From the NCBI GenBank assembly GCA_963693365.1, contig CAVNZM010000007.1, positions 1,783,979 to 1,847,978 of the forward strand: 64,000 nt of DNA, given 5' to 3'. The stretch comes from Amoebidium appalachense. Its lineage: Eukaryota > Protista > Ichthyosporea. The notes beneath the pieces are model-generated. The model had not been told where the DNA came from. It searched no databases and worked only from the letters and a program-made list of their open reading frames with translations. Shown here piece by piece: positions 43,703 through 64,000 of the stretch; within the stretch, counting starts at the first letter, position 1; the number at the start of each line of letters is the position of its first letter. The translations under genes were made by a program, and so were the position numbers.

Positions 43703-44249
43703 CCAGGTGTTTCTGTGGTGGTGGGGGGGAGGGGGGGGGGGGGGGTTACACATATGTGAACGTCAGCCGCGGCAGCCCGGAATAATACAGTAAACCCCAT
43801 GCGTGTGTGTGTGTGTGTGTGTGTTTGTGTGGTTATGTGTGTTTGCCTAACATACAGTACGTGGCCGTCTAGGGTGTCAGTCAGACACCGTGGGGGGAGG
43901 GGGGGAGGGAGGGAAGCGGCAAGTGCCTATCGCGAGTTTTGTTGATGTTATGAACTTCATTGCAGAACGAGTGTTACAGTAACTTCTACCATATGAAATC
44001 AAAAACACCGCGCATACCATGCAAATCATTGAGTGTGTGAATCTAATGACTCAGAACGATCACATATTATGCATAGGTCACTGAAATTAATCAGTGACAT
44101 TCGGCTATAGGTGAATTATTATGGATCGTCACGCAGCGAATTTTGAATATGTGGGTGAATAACTATCAGACATACTGTATATAACTTGTGGTGTTTTTAT
44201 GAAGTCCAAATGCAAGAGAATGAATGCCTGGTCTAATATTAGGTGTCAG

Positions 44250-48430
<4,181 letters not shown>

Positions 48431-48774
48431 AGATCTCACTGACAGGGAATTCAGTAGACCGGGTTTCCTCTCAGACATCATGATACTATGTCCAGTTGCA
48501 ACATGATTCCCTTCTTCCTTTGAATCCCCCCCCCCCCCCCCCCCCTCCCCTCCCCCCCCCCCCCCAAATCCAACCAGTTCGTAGACTATGAAATTTCTCT
48601 GTACGGAGGTTCTTCAAAGAGTTTTCATGCAACCTGCAGGGGCTGGGCGCTGGGGAAGGGAGGGGGGAGGCTTATCCACAATTGTGCTGCTTGCAATCGC
48701 ACAGTAAGTCACACATCATTGTAATTCTAATTAAATAATCTAAGACGTTCATGACCATGCACGTGATCATGATC

Positions 48775-48898
<124 letters not shown>

Positions 48899-49107
48899 CA
48901 CGTGCACACACACACACACACACACACATGTCATGCACACACATTCACACGTGAACACGTACACACACATGCACGCGTGCACCATATATGCACACGCGCA
49001 CACACGTCGACATGCACACAAACACGTACATGCACACGTCGTGCACACACCCACACGGGCACATGTACAACCACACACATACACACCCACAACCACACAC
49101 CCATCCC

Positions 49108-49138
<31 letters not shown>

Positions 49139-49142
49139 ACAG

Positions 49143-49184
<42 letters not shown>

Positions 49185-51385
49185 ACACGCACGCACGTGG
49201 CAATAAGCTGTAACGCCAGGGTGATGAGGTGTACATGAGGCAGAAAGCGCATCACGTGCTCGCACTATAACGCACATCAACATACTCAAGACGATGGATG
49301 AAGCGCATCATCGAAGGCGACCGCGAATTCATGATCCACAACAGAAAATTTACACACTAATATTAGAACCATTGCATGAATGAAGATCATGATCATGTGC
49401 GGATGCAGCTGTGCGCGTGCGTGGGATGGATGGTTCAGCAACTACAACGGTGAACAACGCAGCTTATACACAAATAGAAAGCATGTGCACAGCATTCATA
49501 AGTTAGTGACGTGCACTGTGATTAGATCTAACCTGAAGTGTATGTATATGTGTGTGTACATACGAAGGCTGATCCCTTGCAATTGATGTGCAAACTGTAC
49601 ATGCATGTAGGCACTCACTCATACTGTATCTGGGTGATTTGTTTACACCCACTTTGCGGCAAGACCGTAATCAGACGTCTCACCAATCATAACAATCGAT
49701 GGGTCTTTACTGATTGGTCGTAGGACATTCCGGTGTTGATGCAAAAAAAAAAAAGCATATCGACAATACATTCGCATACTTTTTATGGAGTAAATAAATA
49801 CTGAAATGATACTCTGCCCCAGGATTTGGGATACAATAAGATACCTCAGTGTACTCAGTTGGCCGTATAAATCGGTAGCAGTGTAACTTAGCCTCTTATC
49901 GTATTCAAAATAAATGGCACATGTACACGAGCGATCTTCGCAGCGGACGCCTCTCAGGGATCTTCACGGCCACTGGCCCACGTATGCCAACTAAATCATG
50001 TTGGGCTTCGAAGCAACACTTTACTCTAAGAAACAGAAAGCGATAAATGGAAAATTCTATGCTTCAGAAACACCACGTGATAATTGTTTGTTTACCAGGA
50101 CTTCATGGCGACCGCAGTTCCACGCCTGTATGAACATCATAAACAAACAAAGATGGCCGGGGCCGTGGGTCCACGGCGTGGGAGCTCAGTGTTGAATATT
50201 CAGTGAAACCAATAGCCGTTAACCGCACACATACCAAGAATGCAAAAAGCAGAAGGGTGCAAAAGCAACAATGCTTCTCACATAAGGCTCATTTACGCAT
50301 TTCTACCAGGATGGTGTTTCGCAGACCAACTCAATGTCACGACACATAGTAAGCATTACATGTTATATATGTATCTGAAGGAACTGTTTCATTACTTAAT
50401 GCTGCAACTTCGATGTTACGGTAAGCTATAGTACACATGGCTCCCTTGCGGTTTCCTAAGCTGTGCTCTTACTAAACTTTGACATGTCCAGCCGCGTCAG
50501 TCGCTCGTAGTTCGACACCGCCTCCGAAAAGCCGGCCGGCATAACTCACGGCCCACCGGGCAGGGGTATTCCCATGGGGCTGTATGATTTGCATAGAGTC
50601 CAATAAATGCTTGTAAGCACACATGAATTTATATATGAGTTAACTAATGGTGAATGTTCAAACCCAAGTTCCATTTATGTATTCCGCATCTAATTAGCAG
50701 GATAGCGTTTCTTTGGGGAGTGTCTCAAATAGGTTGGGGCTTGAAGTTGCATTGCCGGAGCTGCCAGAGCGATGCCGCCAGCGATATGATTCTGCTCACA
50801 GAGAACAGTCGCCACAGTAGCGATACTTCGTAATTTATGAAAGAATTCGAAAGCCTCTTGAATAAATAGCGTTCATATTAGTGCATCGAACACAACATTT
50901 GTATGATATCACACGAGGATACTAGTCGCGAAGGCCCCCGCGACTGCCCCCCCATTTCGCACGGTTTGTTTACTTTTTGAACTGCCTTCCTATTGGCTCA
51001 TAAGGGATGTGCGTCGCTTGGTGCTGATTGGTTTGTCTAATTGGAGGTAAATTCCTTATCCCTGCTGCAAATTTTAATTGAGCGACGTTCACCGCACCCA
51101 TTACAGCTGTAACATGCAAGATATCAGCGAAATCGTGTGGATCAACGCAATATAATGTAGGTGAAAAGTAATAACTAGCATATCATACGCCTTATATTCC
51201 GTATAAGCGTCGTTTACCATGGAAGCTAGAAAATGAAAAGGCAAGAAACCTCATCCCCCTCACGAATCTGCGACAAACCGTGCGCCGATTCTCATTAGCG
51301 ATGTGGGTGGTCAAAAGTCACGGGCGGCTAAATCCGGCGCTTTTTGGAATGCAGGAAATTCCAAAGGACGTAGATTAAGCAGTTG

Positions 51386-51478
51386 ATTGGCTAGAACCTC
51401 AACAGCCATTGGGGCTTGGAAGTGCGGCTGGGAATGTGGCTGCCGGCCCAGCTGGCGGCCGCGGGAGCTCCTATATAA
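51386..51478 (+). promoter_or_regulatory. Putative promoter: two inverted CCAAT boxes and a TATA box
   Basis: ATTGG at 51386 and 51408, GC-rich stretch, TATATAA at 51472, about 125 nt upstream of ATG 51600. Confidence 0.55.
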
Positions 51479-51599
51479 GGTCTGAGCCAACATGACGGTT
51501 ATCATCAGTCTTACCAAGCACAAGACCTGAGCTTGAGGTCCTTTTTTTTCGCGCCTTTTTTCAGCCCGTTTACAAAACGGTCACCAGAGACAAGCGAAA

Positions 51600-52652
51600 A
51601 TGGCCGTGGCCGTGTCTGCCATCAACCCCAAAATGATCGATCTTGCCCAGCCCATTACACCCGCATGTGGGCCGCGGTCGCCTTCTTCTTCACAGGTTGC
51701 ACGGACATATGGTTGCCAGTTTGGTTGCCTGGACAGACGTTATTCAAACGAGCACAGCCGTCGCCAGCACTACAGGCGCCACCACAAGGCTGAAATGCAA
51801 GCACTCCGTGATTCATCAAAGGGGATTGTGAAGGACCGCAAGCGCAGGTCGAATTCGCTCACTACTGCCAGCGTGTCACCTTCTTCTCCCACCACTGAGG
51901 CTTTCTCCATGGGGGATTACGGCAGCATCTACTCTCGTGGCTTGAACAGACGCACATCCCTCGAAGAATACTACGAGACTTACGATGATTTTGCCGAACA
52001 AGGGTACTCTATGCAGTATGCCAACAATGGCTCCCCGCTCTTCACACCTGATAGCGCACAGTCAACCTACATCGGGAACGGCAATCTCTTTGATTTCACC
52101 ACCGGTACCACACAGAAACAGCAACTCTATCATAACGGCCTTACGTCCGGCATGCAACTTCTCTACTCTGGTGCACAAGATAACGCCGTTTTCTGGGAGG
52201 ACGTAACGGAAACAGCCCTCGACACATCAAGCACCCTGTACATCGACGGCTTCACCGACCACCTCTCCATCTCCGGTTCTTACAGCTCACCTTACACCCT
52301 CGGAGGTCGCAGCTCCAGCTTTTCAAGTGATTTTGGCTCTGAGCCTGAGCTTTCTACCATGGACCACTACTCCGGTATGATCCCAACGTGGTGGGATATC
52401 GATGCCGTCCCGGGTATTCGCGGGGTTGACCCCGTCCTCGGCTACGGACGCGAAGACGCCATGTGGGAGGGGGTTGTCGACTACAACACGCGTGCAGGCA
52501 CCGGCGCCGGGCAGCGCCGCAGGCCCATTCGCTCAATGAGCCTTGGGGCGCGGCGTGATCTGTATGATGAGACTATGAATATGCATGCCATCCACGGCGA
52601 GCTGGCGCAGTTGGTGAGGGGCCATCCTCGCAGGCATACCGTTCTTGCCTAG
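51600..52652 (+). CDS. Intronless single C2H2 zinc-finger protein, putative transcription factor, 350 aa
   Basis: Long non-repetitive ORF; YGCQFGCLDRRYSNEHSRRQHYRRHH (C-x3-C-x13-H-x3/4-H), basic NLS-like KDRKRR, acidic/aromatic Ser-rich C-terminal region; upstream TATA. Confidence 0.8.
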   Translation: MAVAVSAINPKMIDLAQPITPACGPRSPSSSQVARTYGCQFGCLDRRYSNEHSRRQHYRRHHKAEMQALRDSSKGIVKDRKRRSNSLTTASVSPSSPTTEAFSMGDYGSIYSRGLNRRTSLEEYYETYDDFAEQGYSMQYANNGSPLFTPDSAQSTYIGNGNLFDFTTGTTQKQQLYHNGLTSGMQLLYSGAQDNAVFWEDVTETALDTSSTLYIDGFTDHLSISGSYSSPYTLGGRSSSFSSDFGSEPELSTMDHYSGMIPTWWDIDAVPGIRGVDPVLGYGREDAMWEGVVDYNTRAGTGAGQRRRPIRSMSLGARRDLYDETMNMHAIHGELAQLVRGHPRRHTVLA

Positions 52653-53458
52653 AAAAGTTATGAGCAGTGTTCTGCTTGAAAGTTGTCTGTCTTGGTGCAT
52701 TTCCCCCCCAATTACTTAACGGTTAGCCAAGTTGATTGTAGGTAGTAACTTCAACAGAAAGTTTTGACTAGTTTATATCCTGTACGCTGAGTTTGTGCAT
52801 GAAAGACTCTATTGAGCCATAACCGAGGCAAACAATTGTTTTTGAGGCTTCGTTCGAGATGTTCTTGTAGACAGAAAGGTTTTTTTTTTGTGAAATTTAA
52901 AATTTTAGTTGCTGTAAGTGATTGAGCCGTTAAAGTGCCTACACCGCACGGCTGAATATATGAGATTGCTTTGCTTGCATCAAAGCAATACAAATACTTC
53001 AGATGGCATGAAGGTCCGTGTTGCTGGACAACACAAATATAAGCTATGAAATACATTTCCCTGCTTTTCAACCAGTGGTGTGCCCTCCAAGACCCCCCCC
53101 CCCCCCCCCCCCCCCCCCCCGCAACCCCACCCCACCCCTCCCCCTCCCTCCTTGCGTGACCCCCTCCTCCCTTCACCGTGGATTCGGATACTCTCCTAAA
53201 GATGCTGTCGTGTGATGTTTAAAAAAAAAAAGTGGGTAACCGGGCCACCCCATCAATTCCCTAACTTGTCAAACACCAGTATTGATAGACATTTTCTTCG
53301 CTCCTTGGCTCTACAAAAGATCTGCACAAGGCCGCACCAGATGGCAAAATTTTACAGATGATCATAACCGTTTTATAGCTTTCGGCTAAGAGTACCCTAG
53401 GGCAGAATATATGCACTCTGTGCAGGAGGTGGGTGTGCTCGCATGTGTCTGCGTGTGT

Positions 53459-53538
<80 letters not shown>

Positions 53539-53751
53539 CGCGTGCGTGCGTGCGCGCGCGCTTGTGCGCGCTCGTGTGTGTGCATGTGTGTGTGTTGGGG
53601 TGGGTGAATAGATGTGTATGGAAAGGTGGGGGGCCTGGAGGGCTGTTTAAAAGCGCGCAATCCCCTTGATCCCCGTGTTAGTGTGAACGTGCACTTGCGT
53701 ATGTGTGTGTGTGCCACGATGTGTGTGTGTCACAGTGTCTGTGTGTGCGCA

Positions 53752-53782
<31 letters not shown>

Positions 53783-54204
53783 GCACGCGCGTCCGCACTC
53801 ACGCGCATGTGCGCATGTGTGTGTGTGTCATGGGTGCATAGATGTGTGGCATAACATTTGGGTGGGTGTGGGTGCCTGTTTGCACCAGTAGAATCGGGTG
53901 TAACGGTTGAGTGTATAGTCGGGGTGAGTGCATGTGTGCGTAGGTGCTTGGCTGCGAAGGTGTATGTATTCATGTGTGCATTAATTCGTGCGTGATTGTG
54001 TGTGCAAGCATACGGCCGTGCAAGTGTTTGACCGTGCAATCATGTATGAGTGTGAGTGAGTGTTCGTGCATGTGAGTATCAGTATACATATGTCCATGGG
54101 TACAGCAGATTGAGCGATTCATTGCAGTTGTCGGTGTGTCCCAAATTATGTTCGAACGATTGAATAAAGGTATGGATGTGTGTGCTTGTGCGTGTGCTTG
54201 TGTG

Positions 54205-54236
<32 letters not shown>

Positions 54237-54247
54237 CGCGCGCGCGC

Positions 54248-54278
<31 letters not shown>

Positions 54279-54407
54279 TGTTTCAGTGTGTTTTCATGTG
54301 TGCATCAGTAGCGTATTTGGTCCCTGGGACGTGTTGTCCATGGGTGCAAATTATGACGTGCGTTACGATAGATTTCAATCGATGAACTGGCAATATTGGT
54401 GATCAAG

Positions 54408-54457
<50 letters not shown>

Positions 54458-55299
54458 AAAACAAAAAAAAAAAACCATCTTCTAGCCACGTACCGGGTCC
54501 ACAGGTGTCACGTCTGCAACATAAACTGCGTAATTAGGCTGCGGACTACTCGGGAAAAAAGGAAAAAAACAATAATTTGATGGGAATCTCTGTTGGTGTG
54601 TCCACAGTACCATAGTATTATTAGCATAGGCTAGCCCTACTCTTCACACAGTCAGTTTTTTTGTGCGTTTCATGCCGTTTCGGTGATATGCTTGAAAAAA
54701 CACGTTTGCTCCAAATCCCCTTCTCCCTCCCACGCCTTAAACAGCTGTAGGGGTGGGAGGGGGAGGGGGGGGGGGGGAGGCTGGGCTGCGTGTACACGGC
54801 ACATATAGATGTGCGTAGTAAGGGTGTCACAGTGTTAGAGGGTTTGATAGAGGAACATATTCCAGCTAGAAAAGAAGGGGCAGGAAGGAGGAAGGAGGGA
54901 GGGGGGAGGGCGGGGGGGGGGGGGGGGGGGGGGAGAAAGGGGGAGGGGGGAGGGGGGAGGGTGGGGGGCAGGGGAGGGGGAGGCTAGCTCGAAAACACCA
55001 AAGATTAGAATGGAAAGTTGGCAACAAAAAACTTATCCCAATAACACGATTCTTAATCAATGTCAACATACATTTTTAGTGGTGATCTGCATGTATGGCA
55101 GCTCAAAGGCAGCAACAGGTTGGCCGGCAAAAATCAAAACTCACGGTTGGTGCACTACAGCTCAGATCCAGAGTGCCCCCCCCGTTTTTTTAACTGAATT
55201 TGAAAGAGTGGGTGGCTGCGTAAAGCAGGGGTTTCAAAAAGAGAATAGTTCATGCAACCATGAGCTAACTTAGTAAAACTGAAAGTATGCTTTAGTGGC

Positions 55300-55331
<32 letters not shown>

Positions 55332-55823
55332 GCAAGCCCTCTACGTATACGTATACGCGCGATATAAAGTGGTCATCGCTCAATTCCAGGCCAGCATAGG
55401 CACTTGGTTGTTCATTTCTGTTTTGTTTGCGTGAACAAAAGAGGGGAAATAATGAAGCTCAACTGAAACACTGGCAACAGTTATTGGACGAAGCGGGAGG
55501 CCTTTCCTCCACCCCCCCTCCCTCCCCCTCCCCCCTTCTCCCCTCCAGGGGTAAGGGGAAGCAGCGGGTGGTGGGAGAGATGTGCAAGCCCTGGGGGGAG
55601 AGGGGGGAGGGGTGGGGGGGGGGCTGGCTGGGGAGGGGGGGGGGAGGGGGGGGGGGGGGGGCTGGAGGAGAAGGAGGGAAAAGCCAAAAGGGGAAGGGAC
55701 AAGGTGTTGATGAAACGAGGTCAATTCGACCAGCCAACTGCAAGACTCCGGGGCGAGAGATCTTTGGTGGTGGGAATGGAGTGCCCTTGGTGTTGGTAGT
55801 AGGGCAGGTTTTTGTGTGCTTGT

Positions 55824-55933
<110 letters not shown>

Positions 55934-56562
55934 GAGTGTGTGTATGTGTGCGTGCGTGCGTGCGTGCGCGTGTTAGTGTCTGTGTGTATACGCGGTCGTG
56001 TACACTTGTACGCTTATGTGTGCGGTCCGTGCCACGGGTGTGTGCATCACGTGTGTGGTGGCGCATGTGTGTTTCCTGTGAGCAGGATGGATGGGTCGGG
56101 CAAAGGACCAGGGGGATTCGGCCGGGAGAGGAAGGGGGCTAGGGGAAAGGGGGGTGAAGAGTGGAGGGAGAGAGGGGCGGGATGTGGGGAGGGGGTGCGG
56201 GGGGAAGGCGGGGGCAACATCTGCTCCCATCATCTAAAGGGTTGGATCTGGGTTTCCGGGTGCACATGTTATGAAGGGGGCTATCACTGACCCACTGCTG
56301 CAGAGCCAAAATCAAAAACAGATCCTAATATCAACGGTAAATTTTCCGCATGTGGCGAGCGCAGTTTTAGGCATCCAACGCTCACATGCTTGAGGGATGT
56401 TTCCACCGTGAAAACGCCGTTTTGTTTTCTGTAGCACGACGTACGCGAAGTTCGACACGGCACGCCGCCGCGCCGGGATCACTGACGAACCCACGAAGTT
56501 ACCTTCCTAATATGGGCTCTAAGGTGCGCGCACTTATCCCAATTTAGCTAATCAATAGCACA

Positions 56563-56601
56563 CCAATCAGAACGCGTATCTGCGCACCGCTCTTAGCCAA
56601 T
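56563..56601 (+). promoter_or_regulatory. Paired CCAAT boxes upstream of the kinase gene
   Basis: caCCAATcag at 56563 and agCCAATca at 56597, NF-Y-like consensus, 34 bp apart. Confidence 0.45.
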
Positions 56602-56992
56602 CAAATGGGCTTTCTCGCGATGATTGTTGAAGCAGCTTCGTTGCACTCAGATTTGGCCCGGTTCTCGCAGCTTTATTCTGTCATAGACATAGATTTATGT
56701 ACACAGGTACCAACGTTGCTAAGAAAACGCGGGGAAGCAAGGAGTGAAGAAGGCTAGAAGGAGTAGTGGTATATGTGGTTTGGTTGGTGTTAGAGATCTC
56801 TCGGATTAGTGATCACATCGGCGAATCTGTTATACATGAGAAGTGAGACTGCAGTTTTTGCCAATACTCTGGGTTCCTTTCAAGATCTCTAAGACCAGAT
56901 CTCTGCCATTAAACTAGAAACGCGAGGGAAAGCGATTATAGCGCTGCTGCAGTAATCTGAGAGAGAGATCCCTAATTCTGGGCAACCTTAGA

Positions 56993-63455
<6,463 letters not shown>

Positions 63456-64000
63456 GTACGTACGGGTGTATTGCTTGAGCACGAAAACTTGCTGCATACG
63501 ACACATTTTCTGTGCAATGTGTTTCTTAGTCTTAAAGAGTTTTTGGGTTTTTAAGTTCACACTCTGTACGGTTTTCCAACCCCCCTTGGCCACCCACTCA
63601 CACCTATTAAGCTCCACCTTGTTCGATAGCAGCCAGTGTTTTATAACACCTCTTTTATTGTTTTATTTTCATTTTTTTGGTGTGTGTATGTGTCAGGCAC
63701 ACTCATCTCCGCCAACTTCCACGCTTATCCCACCCACACTCAACCTCCCTCTTATCTCTTTTCTCAATCGTTATGTATTTCGTTTCTGCCTTCCCGATGA
63801 TGCAACGATCAATCGCAAATCCTGTAAATTCCAAAAAATGCCATGAAACCACTTCAATATAATCGCAAAACAGTTTACCTTTTGAACGTATACTAAGTAA
63901 CGTCAGCGTATAAAGAATCCAGCGCTAGTTGGCTGCAGCCGTTTTTAAAGAAATTTAACTGGTGAATACTTGCATTTCATTGGCCGTCCAGACTCATCAG

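Noticed and set aside
50958-51284. 12-bp inverted repeat (cgcacggtttgt / acaaaccgtgcg)
   Set aside because: Too short and no TSD; cannot be distinguished from chance or paired factor-binding sites.

Overview
Eukaryotic, intron-rich genomic DNA; intron style and gene content suggest a unicellular holozoan, but this is an unverified inference. Introns are packed with (CA)n/(GT)n, (CT)n and poly-C/poly-G, so most ORFs in the six-frame track are artefacts. Genes reconstructed by hand: 5' end of a COQ6-like flavin monooxygenase (-), an ankyrin+PX-domain protein (-), a 30-exon XRN1 5'-3' exoribonuclease (+, 6876-37815), an intronless THAP-domain gene (+), an intronless single-C2H2 zinc-finger gene (+), and the first 7 exons of an STE20/GCK-family kinase (+). 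Mobile DNA: a structurally complete but coding-decayed 3.07-kb LTR element in XRN1 intron 9, two abutting TTAA-flanked MITEs, and a ~110-bp dispersed element associated with poly-C runs. Most notable: (1) the THAP gene's C-terminus and 3' flank are a diverged copy of XRN1's last exon with mostly synonymous differences, i.e. an apparent THAP-XRN1-tail chimera; (2) several XRN1 tandem arrays are built from splice signals, including 8 tandem acceptors of which the 7 upstream ones all lead to an immediate stop.
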